Below, piece after piece: positions 11,478 to 22,497 of a stretch of 64,000 nt of DNA. The DNA comes from Entomortierella parvispora E1425 (lineage: Eukaryota > Fungi > Mortierellomycota): positions 558,001 through 622,000 of the forward strand of contig BQFW01000002.1 of the NCBI GenBank assembly GCA_020891255.1, written 5' to 3'. The notes below the pieces were generated by a model. It made no database searches. It had not been told where the DNA came from and saw only the letters and a list, made by a program, of their open reading frames with translations. The translations under genes were made by a program, and so were the position numbers. The stretch's first letter is position 1, and each line of letters opens with the position of its first letter.

Positions 11478-12189
11478 TGTGGATGTGAGAGAGAGTTGAG
11501 GATGCAGACCGAGGTAAGAGGATGGCTGTGGAGTATGCAATTGAGTATCCAGGATAGGGTGAAGGGTCGATCTGAGCAAGAGAAGAATAAAGAGATAGAA
11601 AGAGAGAGAGAGAAAACGAGTGAAGAATGAGTGTGGAGGGAAAAAAAAAAAAAAAGTAGGGTGTGGGGGCGGTTCCTTTTATACGAATCTCGCGCGTGGA
11701 TGGAATCTCTGTTATTCCGGGGGTCAGTGGCCGTTGGACCCGCTCAGGGCAAGTTCAGACCAGATCTGACCAATGGCACATCCAAAAATGTCCGCACAGC
11801 TCATATTGAAAAAAACCTGCTGAAAAACACAGTGAAATTTCCTAATTAAAGACACGCTCGCTGCAACAGAGCCAAAAAAGGATCTCAACGTCCTCCCAAG
11901 GGCCGTGAGCAGGTGAAGAACGTATATCCGAAATAGAGTTACTGCCTGTTTTCAGCATCTCCCCTGCGCTGCTATCCTGCCCTCCACTCCTCTGATGTCA
12001 GTCTTGGCAGTAGGAATTGATTTCCGCGTCTATACTTTCTCCAAGTCTTTTCCTCAATGCACCAGGCATGTGGCCATAGATTGTCATCCTTCTCTGTCCT
12101 TGGTCGTTCGCGCAACCTGTTCCGCCTGACTCGATCTTCTCTCTCTTCTAAACCCCCTCCACATACCCTCTACACCGTTTTAAGCTTTG

Positions 12190-12900
12190 CAACTGAACCA
12201 CCCACCCTACAAAGACTTCCAAAGGAAATTTTGTGTCAGTTGGGTAGTCCAATGAGTTCCCAATCTTTTGAAGAGTTTGAGTTGAGACTTGCGCGCCTTC
12301 TATTTTCAACGTGGTGTCCTGTCTTGGAGTCTGTTTGTGCACCGCAGAATACACCCCATTGCCATCTTGTTATATGGATATGGAGACAGTGTATAGCCTC
12401 GGAAAGATCTTACTCTTACCCGTTCAGAGGTACATGCGACCTCGATTGGTATCAAGGTCGTATCGACTTACCAAGCAGACGTGCCAAGCAGGTGTTGACG
12501 CTCCAGCAAATCTCCCCATTTGCCAAAGACAAAAGGAATAGGTTTGCAAAGACTCTGAGAAAGGAAAGAGGAGGGTGCTGAGTAATGAATTGCAATGATG
12601 CCTGCGTCATCGCATCCTCTCCTCTTCAAGGTCAGAAAGAAGATCGACCCCACATCAGGCAATTTCGATTTCAAATATGGGCCAAAGTCCAAAAATCCTG
12701 GTTGATTCGCATAGGCGGTGCGGGATTGTTGTTTAGCCGGCCAATGGGACATCGGCATTTTATTCCCATACGCGGTTCAGCGATCTGACACCGGGATCTT
12801 CGGCCCTTTGAGAGCTATGGACGACAAGAAGACGATATCCAACTGGACGTCTCTCGCGTACCCTTGTACGCGTGGACGCCCGTCTATCGCCCCTGTGTGA
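12190..12900 (+). pseudogene. Possible decayed F-box-like gene
   Basis: F-box-like LQRLPKEILCQL at 12207. After a plausible acceptor (ttcaag, 12630) a protein-like frame reads VRKKIDPTSGNFDFKYGPKSKNPG*FA*AVRDCCLAGQWDIGILFPYAV...; its TGA and TAG could both derive from TGG. No intact gene model. Confidence 0.25.
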
Positions 12901-13572
12901 TCAGGCTCTGCTAAGCTCTACTACATTGTTGCTGACGCCTCTGTGGGACCATCCTTCCCTCTGTCCAAATTTTGTCACCCACCCTCTTTCAATTCTTTGT
13001 TCCCCCCTCCTCGGAGTTGAAAGTGACGAGGGAGGACGGGCCACTAAGCCCATCAAAGCTGTAAACATTGGTAAGCAATGACACGCACGGCCTCAAATGA
13101 GCTTTGTCTGCCAAGAATGGGAAGCCCGCCACTGATGCTCGATTCGAGTCTCGACATATCTAACTCCGCGGAGGAGGTTCTTGCCCTTTTCAACCGCTTG
13201 TTTACCTGTTGCTCTTGCCTATATCGCTGGCTGAATGCCGAGCACCATTCCCCAGCTTTGACGCTTATTGAGTCGTATCGTCGTATTACTCTGTTTGCAT
13301 TACTGATTATGAATTTATTTTGAATATATATTTTTTTTTCGACTGTTTGATATTTTGATGCATTGAACTACCAAAGAAAGGAAAAGCGACTTCAACTGTT
13401 CAATTGAGCTTCGTCTGTCTCCAGCTCTGGATGTTGTTGCTACGGTTGCGGCTGTTTTGTTGTTAAAGCCCCTTTCTAATCTGTCATCTTGACGCGACAT
13501 GTGAAGGGAGAAGAGAAAGAATTCAAGCCATGTATGAAAAAAAGTTTGAAGAGTCGAGATCTCCTCAGATGC

Positions 13573-15184
13573 TCAGACAACCTTGTAAGGTTGTTTCGTG
13601 GTCAGAATCGCTTCTAGCCCACGCCCATCCCTCAGGGCCTGAACTGCAGCCTGGAACTCGTGTCGAATAAACTTCATCATGTCCTCCTTCGCCCCTGCCA
13701 CATTCAGATCCAAGATGAACGGATCCTCGACTACGAATGCATGTCGGGACCAACCTGGGTTGACACTGTCTCGCGTCACGACGCCTCCACATCTAACGCT
13801 CACACAAGAGGTGGCGTATTCAAACTTGGAGCCATAAAACTCCAAAAAGCCCAAGAACAATTCGCCGAGCGACATGCTATTCCGAGGGACGATCGGCCGA
13901 ATTCTAGAGGGATCAGTGAATGCGACATTGACCAATTGGGTTCCTCCAAATGGACCCGGGTTGGGGACGTTGTGGGGAATCAGATGTGGATCCTGGAGAC
14001 AGGGCAGAACCGGTAGGAGGAGTGTCTGAAGATAAGAAATGGCCATGAGAGTGTAACAGTAACTGCTGAGGGATCCAAGTTCTGGAGAGTTGATGCCTCG
14101 TGCCTTGACAAAGGCTTTGAGGACATAAAGAAAAGTACGGACGCGTTCGTCAATTCGGACATAAGATTCAATCATTCGGGTATTATAGAGTCCAGCGTAT
14201 TGTCCATAATTCAAATCGACCTTGATGCCTGTCTTTTGATCAGAGAACTTTAGGATCGGAACGCGTGCTGCTTGTAGGACCTCCACATCCTTCATGCTGT
14301 CTGGTGATTTTGTTGGCGTTGAAGTTGTTGTTTTCGTTCATAAGCAGGTGTGGTCGTGTTGTTGTCGGTGTACCAGAAGAGGGAAGGAGGAGAAGAACAT
14401 GCGTCAGCAACGAGAGACAAAAACACACCATCTTGCTTATTCCTCGGAAAGAGAGGGGGGTTCTAGTAAAGGATCATCCTTCCCCTTGCTCCACAACACG
14501 CTCCAGCTTTGCCTAACCCCCTTCCCTCCCCTGAGAACGGCTTTGCCCGGTGATCATGGTGGGTAACCAAGGGTGGGTAACCAAGGGTGAACCATCCTTG
14601 TGCCATAGAGACTCTAACAATAGAAGTCTTACATCGTTGAAAGAGCGTCTTCAGCACGAAAAGGTCCTGGTAACGGCCAGGTGCGCTCATCTCCTGGTCC
14701 TGATCCTGCAATGCGGGGAGAATGACCAAGTCTAAATCGCTCGAATCGGTGGCCAGCCCTGATGCATATGAGCTATTTACATGCGCAATGGCGTCAGTCG
14801 TTCATGCCAATTGCCTCACATCTGTCCATTCATGAACGACAATAGACAATGGAAAGATGCATACCCGAAGCACTCGACCTTGGCCTCCTTGGGCCACTCC
14901 GTGTTCAAGATCCCCTGAACGCGCGCCACTAAGGCGTCCCTGAGTTGTTTCCCTTCTGGCGTGATTGCGAGAACCTTCGAGGTAGAAATAGACAATCGTC
15001 CTGGTATGGTATGAGCGCACCATTCCTCTGGGTATCATTCAAACAATGCACATACACTCGGAGGTACCGACAGGATGATTACCTCTGCAAGACTGGACAT
15101 ATCTTCAGTCAGCTGCTGGATGTGTGGTGGGAGAGGCGGTGGTGCGGTGCCGTTGGCCATGACTGCAGCCGAGGTTGTGATCAT
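13573..15184 (-). CDS. Cid1/GLD2/TUTase-family non-canonical ribonucleotidyltransferase (4 exons)
   Basis: Spliced reconstruction gives KVECFG|SYASGLATDSSDLDLVI (GS...DxD catalytic signature), ARVPILKF, third Asp in IKVDLNY, NTRMI...Y..IDERVR, GSLSSYCYTLMAISYLQ and PAP-associated VEDPF. ATG inferred at 15184 (MITTSAA). Confidence 0.88.
14558..14589. repeat. 14-bp tandem duplication (GGTGGGTAACCAAG x2 plus partial) inside the longest intron of the Cid1-like gene
   Basis: Read directly: 14558-14571 is identical to 14572-14585, followed by GGTG. Confidence 0.85.
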
Positions 15185-16895
15185 TGTCGCGTGTGTAACT
15201 TTCTCAAGAGACGGGGCAAGTTGGATTGTGGAGGGGCAACAAAAAGAAAAAGAACGAGCGAGGGAACAAAGGCAGGAATGAAAGAAAAGAAAAGAGAGAA
15301 GGAAGGGAAGAGAGATGCATTGATCTTCGTTCTGCTGTGCACTCAGCCCTTTTATGATGGGGTCATGCGAGCCACTGCCTCGGTCGCTCTTTCATCCTTC
15401 GATGCGGCGTACCTGTTCGTCCCCAACTGATCCTTCTCTGCCTTCCGTCGCCCGTCCTCTCTGTTGGAGACACAAAAAGTGGTGCTCAATAGATAGACAC
15501 CACAGGATGAACAGCAACTGTCATGCAAAAAAATAAAATAGAAAGGTGATCTTCCTAAAAAAAGTAGGGGGTATCGGGGGGGTTGCACAGGGGATGAGCA
15601 GAACGAATGGCGAGCCTTGCAACAAAAACACCATGCGCCTTGCATGCATCTCGATCAACCACGACCCCCCCCCCCCATATCAACAAAGGTCCTGTGTTCA
15701 TGTTCACAAATGAACTCGGTCCTTGGGAAGTAGCTCTCGGCTCGCTTGCCGTGGGCCTCCTCTCGAGTTCTCCCCGCGGTGGAAAAAAAAAGAGGTGCAG
15801 CGAGGACACGCGTGGACATCTGGGGGGAGACCTGCAGTGCCGTGCAGGTGAGGACATGCATGCTCTGCCAGGGGGGGCGCTAAATAGCGTGGCAAGAGCA
15901 AAGGCCGAAGATCGAAAACAGAGCCCAAGCCTGTGGGATGCATGTCCTTCACATTCTTTCCATCTCTCCCTCTCACGCACACACGCACATCTTCCCTTTC
16001 TATCCACAACGTGCCTTGTGTGTGTTTGTCCGTGCAGCGTTGCAGCAGAGATGAAAAAAGATGGACAGCAAGCAAGAAAGCACGGGTTCGGTGGCAACTC
16101 GTAGTTGGTGGCAACCGGCAAGTAGGCACATGCCTGGCTCCTGGGATCAGAGGGCACCTCCCGGTCACTTGATGAGCTTGCTGTGCTTTGCTGGTAACCC
16201 ACTGGCCTTGTAAAACAGCGACAAGCTCTGTTGAAGATACTCGCTGGTCCATACCCTTCTCTTCCCCCCTCCCCTTTCCCCCCTTGATTTCCACCCCCCC
16301 CCCCCCCTCGAGCCCATGAACAGCACTTGCCCAAGCAGACAGTCAGTCAGTCAAGCGCAGTCTCTTTTCGTTATTTTTTGTCAACTGTCTCTCCGTGGAC
16401 GCGTTATCCTGAGCCCTCAGCCCTGCGCAACCACCCCCTTTCAATAATATGGGTCCCGCAAAAGAGCGCTGTATAGGCTTAGGGAAAAAGAGGGACGTTT
16501 GACTATTCTCCGCGGCTAGTGGCGTGCGCCATGGTCAATGACAACACAGAGCCGAGGATGACCTTCCTGGACACAATGTTGTTCTACGTGGGAGAACAGG
16601 AGGATCCCTCCCGCCAGTTCGCCTCTTACCGAAAGGGCATGTGTCGCAAGAAAGGGATCAGGACATATTTTTTTCTTTTCAAACAAACCCCCTTGAATCC
16701 GTGAAGATTCAACAAGTGTCACACACACAGAGGAAGGCAGAAAAGGGCAAAGGGCGACCTAAATGCAATGTAACCCACCCCGTTTGTTGTTTTCTGTTGA
16801 GGGAAGGCCAGAAAAGACATCTCAAACACGGCGGATTCATCAACAGCACGGGCTGATAGACAATACAATGGATGTGAGTAACAGCACTGGCACTG

Positions 16896-16920
16896 CATGG
16901 CATGGCATGGCATGGCATGC
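16896..16920. repeat. (CATGG)n pentanucleotide microsatellite
   Basis: catgg x4 followed by catgc, in intergenic DNA. Confidence 0.9.
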
Positions 16921-17086
16921 AAGACTTGCCCCAAGTGACCTTCGGGGACTCTAATTTTTTTTTTCTTGTGCCCATGTTGCACCCCCCGTCCTCACTCTCG
17001 CGCTCCCTCATCTTGAAACGAGCACACACTTCTGTCGACATCCCTTGTTCGTTTTCTTCAACGTTTGACAAGTGTCGTTTGTCTTC

Positions 17087-17114
17087 CCTTCCTTCCTTCC
17101 TTCCTTCCTTCCTG
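17087..17114. repeat. (CCTT)n tetranucleotide microsatellite upstream of the Bni4-like gene
   Basis: About six cctt units followed by degenerate cctg. Confidence 0.85.
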
Positions 17115-17398
17115 CCTTGCCTTTCATCCTCGTCCTCTTCTCTGTCGCCACCTTCTACTTAATCCCTGTCTCGACCATCCCGAACAAACGTAAAATATAG
17201 CATTTTCTCCCTTCCTGCCTTGACACCTCCGTCCAACCCGCACGCTTTTCATTGTCTACCTCTCTCTCTCATTCACTCTCCCTCCCTCTCCCTCTTCTGT
17301 CGTTGTCCGAATCGCCCATTATTTTGATCTAGTCCTACTTTGTGCCCGTCAATTGAAAGGATCACCCATCTTTGTCGGTATTGATTCATATTTACTTA

Positions 17399-18806
17399 AT
17401 GGACGACACTTTGAGCCCAAGATCTAACCATCAAACAAACGCCACCATCATCCCCACCACCATGAGCACCGGCTCTAATAAGTCTCTCACTCACAGAGGA
17501 TCTTCGCCTGCTGACCTTTACTTGCATTCAGACTCTTCTGCTCCCTGTTCTTCCTCCTCTTCCGTCTCGCAACAGCAGCAGCAGCAGCAGCAACATCATC
17601 AGCAACAACAGCCCTCGCGGGAGCAAGCCTGTTCATCTCAATATTGTTATCAAGGCCTTCTCCCGATCATTCCAACAATTGACGACGACGAAGACGGGCT
17701 GGGGAATTTGTTGAGTTTGGGCTTTGCACAAGACACCTTGAATTCTTTCGACAAGATTACGACACCACATCAGGTCCAGCCACAGAGATCACATCTATCA
17801 ACCCAATCGCACATTGAAAGGGAACCATTGTCGTTGTCTTTAACGAAGACCTCCTCCCCTCCGCTCTTGAATCCCATCTTGGCTTCGTCCTACTCCTCTC
17901 CTATCTCTTCTTCCTGTCCTATTTTGTCTTCATCTACTTCTTCCCTTGTCTCCCTTTCTCCCTTCTCCGCCCCTTCCTCCTCCTCCTCCTCCTCTTCTTC
18001 TTCTTCTTCTTCCTCCTCCTCCTCCTCCTCCTCCTTCTTCTTCCCTTCCACCTCCTCCTCAAATATGAACATGCCTACCACATCAGCAGCCCCTGAGATC
18101 CATAAGACGGTGGTCTCAGTCCCGACCATCAGTTGTGAGAGAGAATCCGTAGCGGAGATCCACCTCCCTGCAGATTGGACCACTCTCACAAGCGCCGGGA
18201 CCACCTCCAGCAGGAAGATAAGCGTCAGGGAGGAGTTAGAAGAAAAGAAAAAAGAAGAACAAGGGGCTACGGATACAGTTGCTATAACCTCCCTGTTGGA
18301 CCCTTGTCCATCTACTCTACCGACAAATCCAACGATGGCGACTCCTACTGTGGTTCCTGTTCGCCCGCCTATGGAGTACAGCTGTTATTATAGCCTGGAT
18401 GCAGCCGCCCTGGGAGCCAGCACGGCGGGTCAGAGTGGCAATCTTGTTAACGAGAACCACAACGTCCAGCTGGATCCGATCATAGTCGGTACCACCGCTG
18501 CCGCCAACACGACCTCCTCCATGGTCGCTGGCGGGGTCGCGCCAGTTCACTCACTCCAGCCATTACTCCAGGAGGAGGTGGAGGTGGAGGAGAACGGGGG
18601 CGTCTCTCCGACAACATCCATGACGCTCTTGTCCTTTGACTCCAGACAACGACCCATATCTTCTATGGAGTACGCTGAAGGTAAATTATGAGCATTCTAT
18701 CTATCCGGTCCATTCATCCAAAGAAAAAATTACGCGACGCGTTTTTCGTGATCCCCATGCTCTTTTTTTTTTAGATCGTGTGTTTGCAGTTGTGGCGACT
18801 TTTTAT

Positions 18807-18842
<36 letters not shown>

Positions 18843-21800
18843 GTCACTGTCCACTTGCCTAACTTCCTCTTGGTATTTATCTTTCTTCTCCTCTAGCCTG
18901 GGTTACAGCTTCTACTCTCACTCCTCCTTCACTGAACTCCAACGCCGGTAGTCGTCGTCCATCTGCAGACTCCAACACTGGTCCTGAACATCCTTCTCCC
19001 TCTCCTCCACCACAAAAGCAGCAACAAAACAACATGCACTCAATGACTCTCTCACTCGTCAATGCCCGTCTCTCTGCCGATCAACAAAAAGTCCATCCTC
19101 TTCAACTCGCGCCTCCCAATGACTGTCCTCGACCTTCGTTTAATATCTACCGCAATGGCTCCGACTGCTCACTGTCCTCTCAAGTAGGAGCCTATCACGA
19201 GTCCCCTGCCAACCCTCAGAGCGAGTTTCGATCCTCTTCAAGAAGACATAGTGTACATTATCAACAACCCTCAACCGCCGCTGGGTTCCCACAACCGATT
19301 ATCCGCAAAAAGACCTCATTTGCCTCCAAAATTCGAAGTGTCTTCAAGCCCACAATCTCCAAGGATAGCGAGGAGTCATTGAACGCGGAGATGCTGCAGC
19401 AGTTGCAGGTGTTGGAGCAGGTCATGTCTATGGCTACTCATGTCGATGGTACTAGCAGCGATTGTGGCTCCGCCTTTGCCGAGGATGATGTGTCGTTGCA
19501 GAACACTATGATGATGGGGAACGGAGCCAAGTTGTCATTAATGACCCCTCCTTCATCACTGCCTTCTTCCATCCGGCATTCCTTGCTGGAGGAGCAGCAC
19601 CGGGGTTCCGTCTCATCTTCAAGTTCTGGCGACACTGCCTTGTCAGCAGACAGCCCAAGTAGTAGCAGCAGCGCTGCGGGAGGGGACCAGAGCCCTCTTT
19701 CGCCTTTGAGCTCACCCGAGGTGTCACCCACAGGATCCCCAAAGCTCAACTCTATCCAACCCAACCCTTACCCCGAACAACAACAGCAGCACGCAAGCAC
19801 ACAAGCATATATCTCTTCTGAATCTATTGGACCTCTAGAGGGGCCACAGCATCCATTGGATCATCCCCTCCTTTTGTCGCCTGCTGCAAAGGCCCAGCTG
19901 GCCCAACGATCCTTGGCACAAGGCCGTGGCCAAATGATGCCCGGCTCAGAGCCTTTCCAACCCAACTCTGGCAAGATCCTGCCTTCCATTTCCTTTTCAG
20001 AGAAACGCCGTAGTCTTGAGCCCACACCCACACGGACGGTCAAAAAGAGACTCTCCTTTGCCTCCATCACGTCCTTTTTCAATCCTCGCGGAGGTGAAAG
20101 TGCAGCTGCAGCCGCTGCCGAGGCCATCAGGAAAAAGCAACAACGGTCCTCCTCCGTCCCGAATGTGGAGCATCCGCTCGTGACAGTCGGTCGCCAGATC
20201 GCAGGGTTCCAGCGTCGGCATTCATTGAATGACTTTCAAGAGAGTCACGACGCGGCTGCAGCGGCCACTGCTGCCGCTGCTTCTGCTGCTCTCGCGGCGG
20301 CGGCAGCAGCAAGAAGGGCCAACAGTGGCAATGGCTTGATTGCCCCACCATGGGACAAGGATCTGGTGTCAGCTAAGGCGGCCAAAGCTGCAGCTGAGGC
20401 TATGGCCACGTCTAGGAGATCGTCAATGCCCACAATGTCTTGTATTTCCATCCAGTCCAACGCAACAGGGAAGAGCGGAAAGGGAGGCCGACGACTGGGA
20501 CTGTTCAGAAGGAGAACCAACAAAAAAAAGAAGGTCGAGTCTATTCATGGCGACTATGGTACAGTCTCGTCAGTGTCTGCGGTTGCTGCCAGCAAGCCCT
20601 TGAAATCAGCTATGGTGCACCGCCCTGTTCATCGCTCCACGTCCTGCAAGAGGTCCAACTCGACTGGTAACAGGTCCAGTGTCTACAGCTTGAATGGAAA
20701 GCTGCAGCCTGTGGGAATGATGGGTCATTACCCTATTCCTCTTCAGCAACATCATCACCACCACCCGCATCAGCCCCTGCTGAGCTTCGCGAACGAGACC
20801 AACACTTGCTCCAAACGTACCTCGGAGGAAAGTCTTCAGAACCGTGCGTCCAGCGTAGGAGGACCAACGCGCCGTCGCCGTCAGAGCAGTCTTGCGGGCC
20901 GTCAAGCGAGTCAGCAAGGCCATTACCCAAACCTGGAGCGAAAGCAGCACCGTTTGTCCGCTCGGTATTCCGCCTCGGATTTTCACGACTTTGAGACTCT
21001 GTTCACCCCCATTACCCCAAGAGTAGCACCTGTCACGACCCAGGAAACCTTTGAGCATCAACAGGACGAGGATGATTACCCTTCAATGAACCCCATGTGC
21101 AATATGTCCCGCCGAAGCTCGTACTGCTCCTCACATGGTGATGGTGGAATTGTGTTTACCCCCGCAGGTTCGGGTGACCATTCTTACCTCGCCGGTTCGC
21201 CCTCCCGAGATATGTCTCCGTCCTCAGTTGGTCCCAACCCATATGCGAACAACCAACACCCGGCCGCGTATCATCCCCAGCACCATATGAGCCGCAGAAA
21301 CTCGATCCACCAATGTGAAGTTGGAAATGTCGGTGGAAACGGTATGGTGCTCCCAGTCCTGCCTCTGTCAAATGCACCGCGTTTGTCAGTGGATCGCACC
21401 GCAATGTTAGAGACGACGCCTGTGGCCATTGTCCCTGCAGCTGTGGTTGGATCTGTGGTGGGTCCCCCTGCGCCTCTGCCTGGAATGATGGTGAACCCCC
21501 AGCAACGGTTTTTGCTCCAGCAGCAACAGCAGCAGATGCAACATCAGCTTCAGTTGCAGCAACAGCAGATGCGCATCCAACAACAGCTTCAGATGCAACA
21601 ACATCACCAGCAGCAGTTCCACCAACGGCAGTTTCAATTGCCTCTCCACCACCCGTATGCTCAGCAACAGCAACAGCAGCAACAACAGCAACAACAACAG
21701 CAGCAGTTTATGAACTCGATGGCTAATCAGGCAGCATCTCTTCAGGAATCGACGTATGGTCAACAATATTCGCCGTACCCTGCATACACTTATCAGCATC

Positions 21801-22270
21801 ACTCTCAAGCCATGCCCAGCCACATTTATTACCCTTCCGCTCATCCTCAACAACAACAACAACAACAGCAACAACAACAGTACACGACCCATTCAACGAC
21901 TCCTCTTCCAAAGTCACTCCCCATGCCTTCCAACATCTCGGCCCACATGACATCCTCGTCTTTGAACCCCACCACCTCCAACACTTCCACCACCTCCAAC
22001 TCTTCGGGATGCAATACTGCATCGGCTCAATCGTCTTCAGCCTCGGCTTCGAGACCTCCACGCCAGTTGCACTTTTCGTCCGCAAGCCCTCAGATCCACT
22101 GGACTTGGACCCCAGATCAATACGATCGCTCGAGCGACCCTCATATCACGGCTCACCGCCTTACACCCGCTGTCGCTCAAAAGATCAAGCTGGAGTTGAA
22201 CCATTTCAAGAGTCAAGAAATGGCCGTCCATGAGAGCAGCCGTGTCCACACTCATTTCTTTGTAAATTAA
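17399..22270 (+). CDS. Large low-complexity protein (~1551 aa) with C-terminal Bni4/Phactr-type PP1-binding module
   Basis: Two ORFs are joined in frame by intron 18681-18896 (GTAAAT...cctaac...ctctag). The C-terminus RQLHFSS...YDR...RLTPAVAQKIKLELNHFKSQEMAVHESSRVHTHFF matches the Phactr/Bni4 pattern (RVxF...YDR...LT...I..ELN.FK..EM.VHE.S...T.F). Confidence 0.8.
17974..18058 (+). repeat. (TCC/TCT)n trinucleotide tract encoding poly-Ser
   Basis: tcctcc...tcttct...tcctcc run within exon 1 of the Bni4-like gene. Confidence 0.9.
21500..21880 (+). repeat. (CAG/CAA)n-rich region encoding several poly-Gln tracts
   Basis: Multiple cagcaacag/caacaacaa runs within exon 2 of the Bni4-like gene. Confidence 0.9.
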
Positions 22271-22497
22271 ATAAACATTCTCCTTAGTATGAAACAAGTC
22301 CACCTTGTGGTTGTTTATGGCCATCACCAAAAAGTGAAGTGGGTGGACATGAGAGAAGAGAAAAAAAAGTGGGCAAGCGATGATTATTATTATGAGATGG
22401 GTTGTCGGTTCACATAAATAACTAGGTCTTTTTTGCTGGGGTTTTTTTTGTTCAAAATATGAGGTATCTCTGGGAGAAAAGAGGGAGGCGGGACGAC

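Noticed and set aside
12777-12779. In-frame TGA joining two minus-strand open stretches (possible selenocysteine)
   Set aside because: No CxxU/redox context, no recognisable selenoprotein family and no SECIS-like hairpin seen; more simply noise or decay.
14531-14600. CTGAGA motif in an intron (TPP riboswitch-like)
   Set aside because: Antisense to the host gene, lacks the rest of the TPP consensus, and the host is not a thiamine gene.
15200-17370. ORFs of 160-260 aa in the Cid1/Bni4 intergenic region
   Set aside because: They cross homopolymer runs and microsatellites and translate to non-protein-like sequence.
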